Assembly: GCA_965223665.1 (NCBI GenBank)
Contig: OZ245011.1
Span: 2,656,001-2,720,000 of the forward strand
DNA length: 64,000 nt
Direction of reading: 5' to 3'
From: Nitrospinaceae bacterium
GTDB lineage: Bacteria; Nitrospinota; Nitrospinia; Nitrospinales; Nitrospinaceae
Shown in pieces: positions 46,030 to 56,379 of the stretch. How positions within the stretch are numbered: position 1 is the stretch's first letter; each line of letters starts with the position of its first letter. A model generated the notes under the pieces. It had not been told where the DNA came from. It did not search any database and saw nothing but the letters and a program-made list of their open reading frames with translations. Position numbers and translations under genes: made by a program.

Positions 46030-47102
46030 TTTATATTGGAAGGAAAAATAAAAGTACTATTTACCTGAACGTTAATTTTTATTGAGTGCTTTTTCAATCC
46101 TTTGATGGAATCCGAAATTAATTTTAAATAAATGAATGATCCATCAAGTAATTGAACTTTAATTTGGAAATAACTTCCATAAAAACTTTTTTCAATAATG
46201 TTTCCTAACAGTTCATTCGATTGGTGAATAAAATCCTCTTTATTGCTAAGAATCACTTTTTCTGGTCGAAAATAGCAATTTACCTGCTGTCCCCTTTTTA
46301 ATTCCTGAGGAGAAACACCTTGTAACTTTCCAATTTTTGGAATCATCACTTCTACTTTATCTTTGAAACATGATTCTACCTTTCCTTTAAGGCAATTAAC
46401 ATCTCCCAGGAATTCTGCCACAAATGGATGTCTTGGATGTAAATAAAGATCCTCAGGTGTCCCAATTTGCAAAAGCTTGCCATTTTCTAAAACGGCCATT
46501 CTATCAGCCAGAGTTAAGGCTTCTTGTTGATCATGAGTGACAAATAGGAAAGTGATTTCAAAAGCACGTTGCATTTCAATCAATTCCTCTCGAAGCCTTT
46601 GGCGCAAAGATTCGTCCAGAGCAGATAATGGCTCATCAAGCAAAAGAATTTTTGGACGATTAATGATCGCCCTTGCTAATGCGACTCTTTGTGATTCACC
46701 CCCACTCAACTGATGCGGCCATGCATTTTTTAAATTAGGAAGACGTATTAGTTTCAATAATTCATCAATTTGGTTAGCGATTTCAGATTCATTAATTCCT
46801 CGAATCCTTGGCCCTATGGCAATATTATCGTAAACTTGCAAGTGCGGAAACAACGCATGGCGTTGAAAAATAAAACCAACTGATCTCTTTTCTACCGGTA
46901 ATTGATTGACTTCTTTTCCTTCAATAAACAGATCACCCTGATCTGGTGTTTCGAAACCAGCAATTAATCTTAATAAAGTTGTTTTACCGCATCCGCTGGG
47001 CCCTAGTAAAACAAAGCGTTCTCCCTTTTTAATTTCTAAGGAAAAGTTTTTTAGGATAGGCTTATCATTATAGGCTTTTGAAATTCCTTCTAGGCGAACC
47101 AT
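46026..47102 (-). CDS. ABC ATPase, PotA/CysA-like with C-terminal TOBE-type domain
   Basis: GPSGCGKTT, LSGGESQRVALARA, LLLDEPLSALD, VTHDQQEA. Confidence 0.9.
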   Translation of the reverse strand: MVRLEGISKAYNDKPILKNFSLEIKKGERFVLLGPSGCGKTTLLRLIAGFETPDQGDLFIEGKEVNQLPVEKRSVGFIFQRHALFPHLQVYDNIAIGPRIRGINESEIANQIDELLKLIRLPNLKNAWPHQLSGGESQRVALARAIINRPKILLLDEPLSALDESLRQRLREELIEMQRAFEITFLFVTHDQQEALTLADRMAVLENGKLLQIGTPEDLYLHPRHPFVAEFLGDVNCLKGKVESCFKDKVEVMIPKIGKLQGVSPQELKRGQQVNCYFRPEKVILSNKEDFIHQSNELLGNIIEKSFYGSYFQIKVQLLDGSFIYLKLISDSIKGLKKHSIKINVQVNSTFIFPSNIN

Positions 47103-47326
47103 GCTTCTCTAAACAAATAAGTAAACATGCCTCGCATTGTAGAAGATTTTTGATTCTTATGCCACATAAGGTAAAAGGTATAAAAAGAGTATTAAATTGA
47201 CGAAAATAAATCCTATTTTATATTCAAATAAATTTCATTAATATAGTGATCCTTTAAGTTTGTTTCGCAGAAGATTTTTCTATAAAATCCGGATCACATT
47301 TAATTGAATTGTTAAGGGTGGAAAAA

Positions 47327-48592
47327 ATGAAAATACTTGTAGTTGGCGGTGGTGGACGCGAACATGCTCTTGTTTGGAAGATCAAACAAAGTCCTTTGGT
47401 AAAGGCGATTTTTTGTGCACCCGGAAATGCCGGGACTTCGGAATTGGCACAAAACATTTCTATTTCAGACGGAGATATTGAAAGCCTGCTAAAATTTGCA
47501 AAAGAAAATAATATCGACTTGACGGTTGTAGGGCCTGAAAAACCATTAGTGGAAGGAATTGTTGATCAATTTAATCAAAAAGGCCTGAATGTTTTCGGAC
47601 CTTCAGGAAAAGCGGCACAACTTGAAGGAAGCAAGGTATTTTCAAAAGATTTAATGAAAAAATATAACATTCCTACTGCAGATTATGAAACTTTTGAATC
47701 TGCAGAAATGGCCAATAAGTTTATCCAGGGCAAAAATAATTTGGTGGTAAAAGCAGAGGGTTTAGCTGCGGGAAAAGGAGTATTTGTTTGTGATAAAGAA
47801 GAAGAAGCGGCAGATGCAATTTCTCAAATAATGAACAACAAGTTATTTGGTAGCGCAGGGCTTAGAATTGTAATTGAAGAAAAACTTGTCGGACAGGAAA
47901 TTTCTTTTCTTGCTTTCACTGATGGTGAAACCGTATTGCCAATGGTCGCCGCCCAAGATCATAAAGCAATTTTTGAAGGTGATAAAGGACCTAACACAGG
48001 CGGAATGGGAGCCTATTCCCCCCCTCCTATTTTCACCGATTCCTTAAAACAAGAAGTGATGGATACAATCATGACTCCCACTATCCGTGCCCTGGCTTCA
48101 GAAAATATAAATTATAGGGGAGTATTATATGCAGGTTTGATGATCACCAATAAAGGGCCAAAAGTTTTAGAGTTTAATGCCCGTTTTGGCGATCCTGAAA
48201 TTCAGGCTTTAATTGCGCGAATGGATTTTGACATAGTCCCTGTTATGGAAGCTTGTACCCAAAATGGGAAATTAGCATCTATAAAATTAAACTGGAAGCA
48301 AAATGCATCTGTATGTGTTGTAATGGCTTCAGGGGGATATCCTGGATCATACGAAAAGGGAAAAGTAATCGATGGAATAATTGAGTCTAACGGATTAGAA
48401 AGAGTGACGGTATTTCACGCAGGAACAAAAATTGAAAATAATCAAATACTGACTAATGGAGGCCGGGTCCTTGGTGTTACTGCCCTTGGAGATAACATTG
48501 AAAGTGCCATAATCCAAGCCTATAAAGGTGTTTCCAAAATTAAATGGGAGGGAGCTTATTTTAGAAAAGATATAGGGAAAAAAGCTCTGTGA
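47327..48592 (+). CDS. purD: Phosphoribosylamine--glycine ligase
   Basis: GGGGREHAL, GPEKPL, LEGSK, GLAAGKGV, GPNTGGMGAYSP, EFNARFGDPE. Confidence 0.98.
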   Translation: MKILVVGGGGREHALVWKIKQSPLVKAIFCAPGNAGTSELAQNISISDGDIESLLKFAKENNIDLTVVGPEKPLVEGIVDQFNQKGLNVFGPSGKAAQLEGSKVFSKDLMKKYNIPTADYETFESAEMANKFIQGKNNLVVKAEGLAAGKGVFVCDKEEEAADAISQIMNNKLFGSAGLRIVIEEKLVGQEISFLAFTDGETVLPMVAAQDHKAIFEGDKGPNTGGMGAYSPPPIFTDSLKQEVMDTIMTPTIRALASENINYRGVLYAGLMITNKGPKVLEFNARFGDPEIQALIARMDFDIVPVMEACTQNGKLASIKLNWKQNASVCVVMASGGYPGSYEKGKVIDGIIESNGLERVTVFHAGTKIENNQILTNGGRVLGVTALGDNIESAIIQAYKGVSKIKWEGAYFRKDIGKKAL

Positions 48593-48605
48593 GGAATCAA
48601 AAATT

Positions 48606-48986
48606 CTAATCTAATTGTGGTTCTTTTGGATCGGGGACGGCTTTCATTTGCTTGCTGAAAAGTTTGGCTGATAGGATCCAAGTTCCCCAGGAAATTATTA
48701 CAATAATTCCAATTCCAATGCTTGCCCAAAGAACAACATTACCACTTTCAGACATGCCCCTTAAAAAAACAAACATTCCCAAAGGTAAAGCCATTATAAA
48801 TCCAAAACAAGAAAGCAGCATAGAGCTTCGCGCATAATATTTGGGCCGGACATCAATATTAAGTTCACTCAGATGTTTTTGATTTTCTGGAACAGCCGCA
48901 TCCAATAACTCTATCTGCCCGTCACACTTGGGACAAAACTGACCACCCCAAAACGCGTTTTTACATTGCAAACAAAATTTAACCAT
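48606..48986 (-). CDS. Hypothetical Zn-ribbon membrane protein
   Basis: CLQC...CPKC followed by two TM segments. Confidence 0.65.
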   Translation of the reverse strand: MVKFCLQCKNAFWGGQFCPKCDGQIELLDAAVPENQKHLSELNIDVRPKYYARSSMLLSCFGFIMALPLGMFVFLRGMSESGNVVLWASIGIGIIVIISWGTWILSAKLFSKQMKAVPDPKEPQLD

Positions 48987-49147
48987 TAGCTTATGAACAT
49001 TTTGTTAAAATTAACCTCAGTGAACAATTTTGCCGTAAGCTATTCTTTATTAAAAGTGAGCTAGTTGCAATAATAGAAAATTTGAATTATCTGAGGCCTC
49101 TTTATAATATATGATTCGATTTCCAGGTCAAGGGAGAAAGGTTTACC

Positions 49148-49942
49148 ATGTCCGAAAACAATTCAATTATTCTTACTCACGGTGGAGCGGGCTCCAAGTC
49201 CGACTTTTCCAATGGAACTGAAGCAGCCGGTCATGCGGGTATAAATGCCTTAAAAAATGGGGCTTCTGCTATTGATGCGGCCGTTCAATCTGTGATTGTT
49301 TTAGAAAACGACTCTCGCTTTAATGCTGGAATTGGTTCGGCACGTCGCTCGGACGGCTCTATCCAAATGGATGCTTCTTGTATGGACAGCCACCACCGAT
49401 TTGGCGCCGTGACTTCACTGGAGGGATTTAAAAATCCTATTAAAGTTGCCCGTGCTTTAATGGAATCCAATCCTCGAGTATTATCTGGAAACGGTGCCGC
49501 TAAGTTTGCCAAAGAAAATGGATATGAAATCCTCGATACTTCAGTTATTACAACCGGAGATTCCACCCCAACTTGTGATACGGTGGGGTGTGTGATTTTT
49601 GATGGAGAAAACTTTGCTGCTGCATTAAGTACAGGGGGAACTCGAAATTCATTACCAGGAAGAGTTGGAGATGTCCCATTTCTAGGCTGTGGTTTGTATG
49701 CTGGACCCTATGGGGCGGTGGCGGCTACCGGTTTTGGTGAAGCAATTATTATGAACTTGACCGCTTTTCGAGCCTATCAAATGTTAGAAGAAGGCATGGG
49801 ACCTAATTTTGTTTTAGATGAAGTTTTGGATTGGTTTGACGATTCAGAAGACATTGGTCTCCTACTCATCAATCGCAAGGACCATGCTGCTGGATCAAAC
49901 CGCACTATGGCTTGGTCGGCGGTAGATGCACAGCACACTTAA
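49148..49942 (+). CDS. Isoaspartyl peptidase/L-asparaginase (Ntn hydrolase)
   Basis: HGGAG, FNAGIGS, MDAS, DTVG, STGG, GRVGD, ATGFGE. Confidence 0.9.
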   Translation: MSENNSIILTHGGAGSKSDFSNGTEAAGHAGINALKNGASAIDAAVQSVIVLENDSRFNAGIGSARRSDGSIQMDASCMDSHHRFGAVTSLEGFKNPIKVARALMESNPRVLSGNGAAKFAKENGYEILDTSVITTGDSTPTCDTVGCVIFDGENFAAALSTGGTRNSLPGRVGDVPFLGCGLYAGPYGAVAATGFGEAIIMNLTAFRAYQMLEEGMGPNFVLDEVLDWFDDSEDIGLLLINRKDHAAGSNRTMAWSAVDAQHT

Positions 49943-49943
49943 C

Positions 49944-50921
49944 ATGGACAAAAAATACACAATCCAATCCAAAGATTTTGAGCCTGCTTATATGAAGCTT
50001 TTTCGGACCGGAGAGCTTTTTCGCCGGTCTCGCCAGGGAATTCGTCATTTAGAAAATTGCAAAGTTTGTCCCCGTGATTGTGAGGTGAACCGCCTTAATA
50101 ATGAATGGGCATTGTGTAAAACTGGTCGCTATGCCTGGGTATCCAGCTTTTTTCCTCACTTTGGAGAAGAGGATTGTTTGCGGGGATGGAACGGAAGCGG
50201 GACCATTTTCTTTTCCATGTGCAATTTGAAGTGTGTTTTTTGCCAAAATTATGACATCAGTCAACATCAAGATGGTCAGGAAGCATCAGCAGAATTATTG
50301 GCACAAATGATGTTAAGTTTGCAAGAAAAAGGGTGTCATAACATCAATTTTGTAACTCCAGAACATGTAGTTCCGCAAATTTTAGAGGCCCTCCCCTTAG
50401 CAGTTCAAATGGGGTTACGACTACCCTTAGTTTATAATACAGGAGCCTACGATTCATTGGAAAGCATTCAGTTGATGGATGGGATTGTAGATATTTATAT
50501 GCCGGACTTTAAATATTGGAATGAGGTAGATAGCAGTAATTACTTAAAGGCAAAAAATTATGCTTCAGTCGCTCGGAGAGTTATTAAGGAAATGCAGAGA
50601 CAAGTAGGAACTTTAAAATTTGATGAAACAGGCCTGGCAAAACGTGGGGTTTTAGTAAGACATTTAGTAATGCCAAATAATTCACATAATGTTCGTAACA
50701 TCATGAGATTTTTAGCTCAGGACATTTCTCCAGATACCTACGTAAACATGATGGAACAATACCGTCCGGCTGGTAAAGTAACGGAAGAACGGTACCCTCA
50801 GATTAATCGAAGCACTTCTAAAAAAGAACACGAGGAAGCACTTCAAATTGCCAAAGAAGAAGGTCTTTACAGATTTGATCAACGAGATCCATCGGCCTTT
50901 TCTTCAATGCTGACTTTTTAA
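49944..50921 (+). CDS. Radical SAM protein (PflX-like)
   Basis: CKVCPRDC, HFGEE, GSGTIFF, CNLKCVFCQN, YMPDFKY, VRHLVMP. Confidence 0.88.
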   Translation: MDKKYTIQSKDFEPAYMKLFRTGELFRRSRQGIRHLENCKVCPRDCEVNRLNNEWALCKTGRYAWVSSFFPHFGEEDCLRGWNGSGTIFFSMCNLKCVFCQNYDISQHQDGQEASAELLAQMMLSLQEKGCHNINFVTPEHVVPQILEALPLAVQMGLRLPLVYNTGAYDSLESIQLMDGIVDIYMPDFKYWNEVDSSNYLKAKNYASVARRVIKEMQRQVGTLKFDETGLAKRGVLVRHLVMPNNSHNVRNIMRFLAQDISPDTYVNMMEQYRPAGKVTEERYPQINRSTSKKEHEEALQIAKEEGLYRFDQRDPSAFSSMLTF

Positions 50922-51029
50922 TATCCCTGTATTTTTGGTTTTATCACAAGTAAAATTTCTAAATTCATTGATTAAAAACTAACCTCCAACCCGCTTTCTT
51001 CATGGGTAAATTTTTTGAAAGATCCCCAT

Positions 51030-51308
51030 ATGGTAGATCAAGCCGCCGTAAATAAAAGATGGAAACAACTTGGGTATAGTTGTGACCTTTGGACGGATCC
51101 CCCAGGGCAATGTTGGGAAAATTATGTGCATTTAATGGATGAACTGGTAATGGTAATTGATGGACAATTAGAGTTGGAAATGGATGGAAAGGTCTTACAT
51201 CCCATCCCCGGTGAGGAAATATACATTCCCGCCAATAAGGTTCACTCCGTCCGCAATATTGGAAAAATAACAGCTCATTGGCTTTATGGATATAAAAAAC
51301 AATATTGA
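51030..51308 (+). CDS. Cupin domain protein
   Basis: DPPGQ.W...H..DE.V.V..G, GEEIYIPANKVHSVRN. Confidence 0.8.
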   Translation: MVDQAAVNKRWKQLGYSCDLWTDPPGQCWENYVHLMDELVMVIDGQLELEMDGKVLHPIPGEEIYIPANKVHSVRNIGKITAHWLYGYKKQY

Positions 51309-51537
51309 AAGAATTTTAATTAGTTCAATTTCAATTTATATACTATTGGAATGTTTAAATGTCCTAAAGAGTAAAGAAAATTAATTTTTAATTTTAAAAT
51401 AAAAAAATAATTTTGAATGATTCATTAAAAAATCTTTTATTTCTTGAATGGATCGGTTTTAATAAATAGCATAAAGATGTTAAAATTCTTTACTTTATAT
51501 TCGCTAAACCCTGAACCTTGTTATTGAGGAAGTAAAT

Positions 51538-51975
51538 ATGCCAAAAAAAATTAAGGACCCTTGGGATCAATGTAAAAAATGCCTTCCCGCAAAATGTTGT
51601 ACCTATTTTGCTTTTGGAATAGATGAACCAGAAACTCGAAAAGACTATGAAGCCTTATTATGGCAGATTGCACATGAAGGTGTTTCATTTTATATCTACC
51701 GGAATGCTTGGTACTTTATGATGGATTCTGTTTGCAAATTCCTTACGCCAGACAACAAATGCGCAATTTATGAAACTCGTCCTTATATTTGTAAAGAACA
51801 TAGTATCGATTCCTGTGAATATGTTGGGGAGGATTATGGTTTTACAGAGCACTTTAAATCATATGAAGAATTGTTGGCTTGGATAAGAGAAAATACAAAC
51901 TTCCGATTCAAGCGCCAGCCAGTTACTCATGCAAAACACCCGCATAAAATGGAACCACTCCGCGTATCAGCATAA
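51538..51975 (+). CDS. YkgJ-family Cys-cluster protein
   Basis: CKKC...CC, CKFL....CAIYETRPYIC. Confidence 0.85.
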   Translation: MPKKIKDPWDQCKKCLPAKCCTYFAFGIDEPETRKDYEALLWQIAHEGVSFYIYRNAWYFMMDSVCKFLTPDNKCAIYETRPYICKEHSIDSCEYVGEDYGFTEHFKSYEELLAWIRENTNFRFKRQPVTHAKHPHKMEPLRVSA

Positions 51976-52096
51976 AGAGAAATGTTTGAAATTATTAATT
52001 AAAGGTTAATTTGGGAAATAAGATAACCCGACATTAGCGGGTAAGTGCAGAAAAGTAATATTCCGGGATTTGGAAAACAGGAAGGTTTTATTTAGA

Positions 52097-52729
52097 TTAC
52101 TTTTCGTCTTTCTTTTTGGAATCGTCTTTTTTAGCCGGAGTTTTCTTTTTTGGCTCCGGTTTTTCCTTTGGTTTGTTATCTTTTCCTTTAGCTTTGGACT
52201 CACCTTTATCTTTTTTATCTTCGGCTTTTCCTTTAGTTTCAGGTTTTTTTGATTCTTTTTTCTTTTCAGAAGCGCCTTTCTTTTCCCCTTTTTCTTTAGT
52301 ATCTGCCTTCTTTTTAGATTCCCCTTTCTTATCTTTTTTCTTATCAGGGACAGGGGGTGGTGCCGCTTCCTCTTCCCGATCAACTAATTCAATCAACGCC
52401 ATTGGTGCATCATCCCCTCGTCGATTACCGACTCGGATAATACGCGTATATCCGCCAGTTCGATTGGCATATCGTTCGGAAAGAGGTCCAAACAACTTAA
52501 GAAAAACTTCCTTATCGTTAACTACCCGGAGTGCCAAGCGCCGAGAATGAAGGGTTCCCTTTTTTCCAAGCGTAATGGTTTTTTCCACATGACTGCGTAA
52601 TTCTTTCGCTTTTGCCAAGGTTGTACGGATCCGCTCCTGTCGAATCAAAGCCGTGACCATATTTCGGAACAACGCTTTTCGATGCGCAGAGGACCGACCT
52701 AATTTTCTTCCAGATTTCAAATGACGCAT
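52097..52729 (-). CDS. rplQ: 50S ribosomal protein L17 with Lys/Glu-rich C-terminal tail
   Basis: MRHLKSGRKLGR, GGYTRI, RRGDDAPMALIEL. Confidence 0.97.
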   Translation of the reverse strand: MRHLKSGRKLGRSSAHRKALFRNMVTALIRQERIRTTLAKAKELRSHVEKTITLGKKGTLHSRRLALRVVNDKEVFLKLFGPLSERYANRTGGYTRIIRVGNRRGDDAPMALIELVDREEEAAPPPVPDKKKDKKGESKKKADTKEKGEKKGASEKKKESKKPETKGKAEDKKDKGESKAKGKDNKPKEKPEPKKKTPAKKDDSKKKDEK

Positions 52730-52799
52730 GACTAAACTACTCCGGTAAATTGAATGCCGCTAATTATAAAGAAATTTATCCTAAATTTCCTTAAGAAAT

Positions 52800-53825
52800 T
52801 TACGGCTGTTCTACTTCTGTTTCTATTTCTTTTTTCTTACGTAACGCTAATATTTGTTTTAAATCCTCATCCTCGATTTTCATACCAAGTGACAAACCCA
52901 TATCTTCAAGAATTTCCCGGATTTCATTTAATGATTTCCGACCAAAATTACGGGTTTTCAGCATTTCTCCATCACCTCTTTGAACCAATTCAGCAATAGT
53001 TTGAATATTAGCATTTTTCAAACAATTGTAGGATCGCACGGAAAGCTCTAATTCTTCCACGCTTTTGGCTAAATTGGTGATCATTTTTTGCTTTTTCTCA
53101 TCAACTTGTGGTTGAACCGGTTCAGGTTCTTCATCAAAATTAATGAAAATTTGCATGTGGTCTTTTACAATTTTTGCTGCGTGAGCCACTGCATCTTCTG
53201 GAGAAATACTACCATCTGTCCAAAGTTCCATGACCAGAGCATCAAAATCAGTGGACTGACCTACTCGAGTTTTCTCAACAGTATAATTCACCCTTTCAAT
53301 GGGAGAAAAAATAGCATCCACAGGAATCATTTGCACAGATTCTGTGGATAAATCATGTCGGTCTGCGGGAACATATCCACGTCCCTTTCGGACAATCACC
53401 TCAAGGTCCAAAGAACCATTACTATCCAACCTGGCAATTTCATGTTCGGGATTCAGTATTTCAATTTCAGGATCCGCCTGAAAATCCCCAGCTGTAACAG
53501 GGCCTGGGGTATCCTTTTTCAAATACATACGTTTACTCTCTTCAGCACCACTCATTTTGAGTTTTAAACCTTTAAGCTGAAGAATAATTTCCGTTACATC
53601 TTCCATAACACCTGGAATAGAAGAAAACTCATGAAAAATACCTTCAAATTTGGCGCCAATTATGGCAGCACCTTCAATTGATGAAAGAAGCATTCTTCTT
53701 AAAGAATTTCCAACCGTTACTCCGTAGCCACGTTCAAAGGGTCCGGCTCGGAATTTGGCAAAGTTTTCTGTTTTTGTTTTTTTATCAAAGTCAAGTCGCT
53801 TGGGTTTCACGATGCCTTGCATCAT
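52800..53825 (-). CDS. rpoA: RNA polymerase alpha subunit
   Basis: PFERGYGVTVGNSLRR, LELSVRSYNCLK, NFGRKSL. Confidence 0.99.
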   Translation of the reverse strand: MMQGIVKPKRLDFDKKTKTENFAKFRAGPFERGYGVTVGNSLRRMLLSSIEGAAIIGAKFEGIFHEFSSIPGVMEDVTEIILQLKGLKLKMSGAEESKRMYLKKDTPGPVTAGDFQADPEIEILNPEHEIARLDSNGSLDLEVIVRKGRGYVPADRHDLSTESVQMIPVDAIFSPIERVNYTVEKTRVGQSTDFDALVMELWTDGSISPEDAVAHAAKIVKDHMQIFINFDEEPEPVQPQVDEKKQKMITNLAKSVEELELSVRSYNCLKNANIQTIAELVQRGDGEMLKTRNFGRKSLNEIREILEDMGLSLGMKIEDEDLKQILALRKKKEIETEVEQP

Positions 53826-53910
53826 TGAGCAATTCCTCCGAAAGAATCTTTAGATATGTATGCAAAGTTAAGGTAAGACAATGTGCACGTTGAATCCTAA
53901 ATGAGGGAAG

Positions 53911-54537
53911 TTAACGCGAATACAATTCAACGATCAATTGTTCCTGAATAGGTAAGGTAATATCCTCACGGTTCGCAGGAGACTGCACGGTCCCTTGGTT
54001 TTTATCTGCATCAAACAATAGCCATGAAGGAAGGGTTTTACTCTTCATATTCTCCACGGCACTTTTAATAACCATTTTTTCTTTTTTATTTTCAGCGGGA
54101 GCGACAACGTCGCCTTGCTTCAAAATATAAGAAGCTACATTTACTTTTTTTCCATTAATGGTGAAAAATTTATGCCGAATCATTTGCCGGGCCTGATTTC
54201 TGGAGCCAGCAAATCCTAATCGATAGATCACATTGTCAAATCTCATTTCAAGAAGCTGCAGCAAATTTTCACCGGTAACCCCTTTCTTTCGATCTGCAAT
54301 GGCAAAATATTTTCGAAATTGGTTTTCTAAAACACCATAAATTCGGCGGACCTTCTGTTTTTCTCTCAATTGTTTTCCATATTCAGAAAACTTACTTCGA
54401 CCCTGACCATGTTGACCAGGAGCATATGCCCGCTTATCAATGGCGCATTTCGGTGTGGAGCACCGATCCGCTTTTAGAAACAACTTCATCCCTTCCCGCC
54501 GGCAGAGCCGACAAACCGATCCGATATATCTTGCCAA
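53911..54537 (-). CDS. rpsD: 30S ribosomal protein S4 (TTG start)
   Basis: [29 protein letters not shown]. Confidence 0.98.
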   Translation of the reverse strand: MARYIGSVCRLCRREGMKLFLKADRCSTPKCAIDKRAYAPGQHGQGRSKFSEYGKQLREKQKVRRIYGVLENQFRKYFAIADRKKGVTGENLLQLLEMRFDNVIYRLGFAGSRNQARQMIRHKFFTINGKKVNVASYILKQGDVVAPAENKKEKMVIKSAVENMKSKTLPSWLLFDADKNQGTVQSPANREDITLPIQEQLIVELYSR

Positions 54538-54562
54538 AATTGATCTCCTAAAATTAATAAAG

Positions 54563-54955
54563 TTACACGCGGCGACGCTTTCGGGGACGGCAACCATTAT
54601 GTGGAATAGGTGTCCTATCCCGAATCACGGTTATTTCCATACCCACGCCCTGCAATGATCGAATGGCCGACTCTCTGCCGGCACCTGGACCCTTAACATG
54701 TACTTCGAGTTTCTTCATTCCCATTTCCTTGGCCTTACCGGCTGCTTTTTCTGCGGCAACTTGAGCAGCAAAAGGAGTACTTTTTCTAGAACCCTTAAAT
54801 CCTTGAGCTCCAGCGCTGGACCAAGATATTACATTTCCGGAAAGATCAGTAATGGTCACAATCGTATTATTAAATGTTGCTCGAATATGAGCCATTCCTG
54901 TTTCGGGGGCAACTTTAACTTTCTTTTTGCCTCCACGCGTTTTCTTATCCGCCAT
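54563..54955 (-). CDS. rpsK: 30S ribosomal protein S11
   Basis: [24 protein letters not shown]. Confidence 0.99.
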   Translation of the reverse strand: MADKKTRGGKKKVKVAPETGMAHIRATFNNTIVTITDLSGNVISWSSAGAQGFKGSRKSTPFAAQVAAEKAAGKAKEMGMKKLEVHVKGPGAGRESAIRSLQGVGMEITVIRDRTPIPHNGCRPRKRRRV

Positions 54956-54970
54956 AATTACCCTCTCTAA

Positions 54971-55342
54971 TTACTTTTTACTTTTTGACCCAACCGTTTT
55001 TCGAGGGCCTTTACGTGTTCTTGCATTGGTATGCGTTCTTTGCCCATGAACCGGCAAACCACGCCTATGCCTTAGCCCTCGATAACAACCAATATCCATC
55101 AAACGTTTCATATTCATATTAACGACACGCCGAAGATCTCCTTCGACCTCATACTCTTTTTCAATAATTTGTCGAATCTTTGTCACTTCATCATCAGTTA
55201 AGTTTTTGATTCGAATATCCGGTGAAATTTGAGCCTTTGTCAAAATTTCATGGGAAGTGGCTTTACCAACTCCAAAAATATAGGTCAAAGCAATGACCGC
55301 TCTTTTATCTCTTGGAATGTCTATTCCTGCAATTCGTGCCAC
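54971..55342 (-). CDS. rpsM: 30S ribosomal protein S13
   Basis: [24 protein letters not shown]. Confidence 0.99.
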   Translation of the reverse strand: MARIAGIDIPRDKRAVIALTYIFGVGKATSHEILTKAQISPDIRIKNLTDDEVTKIRQIIEKEYEVEGDLRRVVNMNMKRLMDIGCYRGLRHRRGLPVHGQRTHTNARTRKGPRKTVGSKSKK

Positions 55343-55376
55343 ACTAAATTCCTTTCTTTAAGGGCCTTTGTTCCAT

Positions 55377-55490
55377 TTAACCCTGTCGCTGCTTATGTTT
55401 TGGGTTTTCACAAATCACTCGCACCACTCCGCCACGGCGTATGACTTTACATTTATTACAAATTTTTTTAACTGATGCTCGTACTTTCAT
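55377..55490 (-). CDS. rpmJ: 50S ribosomal protein L36
   Basis: Manual translation [37 protein letters not shown]. Confidence 0.98.
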   Translation of the reverse strand: MKVRASVKKICNKCKVIRRGGVVRVICENPKHKQRQG

Positions 55491-55513
55491 AAATTCCTCT
55501 TGGGTTCACACGA

Positions 55514-55732
55514 TTACTTATAACGATAAGTGATACGCCCTCGGGTTAAATCATAAGGGGACAACTGCACTTTGACTTTATCACCGGATAAAATCCTAAT
55601 AAAATGCATTCTCATTTTCCCTGAAATGTGCGCTAAAATTTTATGTCCATTCTCTAATTCCACTCGAAACATAGCGTTCGGTAACGGCTCTAATACAGTT
55701 CCCTCAACTTCAATGGCTTCTTCTTTGGACAT
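55514..55732 (-). CDS. infA: Translation initiation factor IF-1
   Basis: [29 protein letters not shown]. Confidence 0.98.
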   Translation of the reverse strand: MSKEEAIEVEGTVLEPLPNAMFRVELENGHKILAHISGKMRMHFIRILSGDKVKVQLSPYDLTRGRITYRYK

Positions 55733-55737
55733 ATTAA

Positions 55738-56376
55738 TTAAATCATTCCGCAAACCCGGGAAAAAATATCATCAACGGTACCTCTTCCTGGTGCAGTTCG
55801 CAATTTCCCTTGTTGTTTATAAAATTCCTTAAGTGGTGCTGTTTTATTGGTATACTCTTCTAGCCGCTCTAAAATGGTTTCTTCTTTATCATCATCCCGC
55901 TGATAAAGTTCTCCTCCACATTCATCACATATTCCTGGTTCTTTTGGAGGCCTTGTCTTTAGATGAAACACCGCATTACAATTTCTACAAGTACTTCGAC
56001 CAGTGAGCCGAACCAATAATTCTCTGGAGTCGACTTCTAAATCAATCACATTATCTATTTCTTGCCCCATTCCTGAAAGAGTTTCATCTAACTTTTCCGC
56101 CTGGACAATCGTCCTGGGAAATCCATCCAGAATATATCCATTATTACAGTCAGACTCTTTTATTCTCTCTTTTATCAACCCTACAACAATCTCATCCGGA
56201 ACCAAACGTCCTTCATCCATAAAAGCTTTCGCTTCTTGTCCCAAAGCAGTATTTTCTTCTACAGCTGCTCGGAGGATATCGCCTGTGGATATCTTCGGAA
56301 CTTTAAACTTTTCTTGAAGCAAAGCTGCTTGAGTGCCCTTACCGGATCCCGGGGGGCCTAACAAAATTAACCTCAT
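55738..56376 (-). CDS. adk: Adenylate kinase
   Basis: [26 protein letters not shown], Zn lid. Confidence 0.98.
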   Translation of the reverse strand: MRLILLGPPGSGKGTQAALLQEKFKVPKISTGDILRAAVEENTALGQEAKAFMDEGRLVPDEIVVGLIKERIKESDCNNGYILDGFPRTIVQAEKLDETLSGMGQEIDNVIDLEVDSRELLVRLTGRSTCRNCNAVFHLKTRPPKEPGICDECGGELYQRDDDKEETILERLEEYTNKTAPLKEFYKQQGKLRTAPGRGTVDDIFSRVCGMI

Positions 56377-56379
56377 GGA

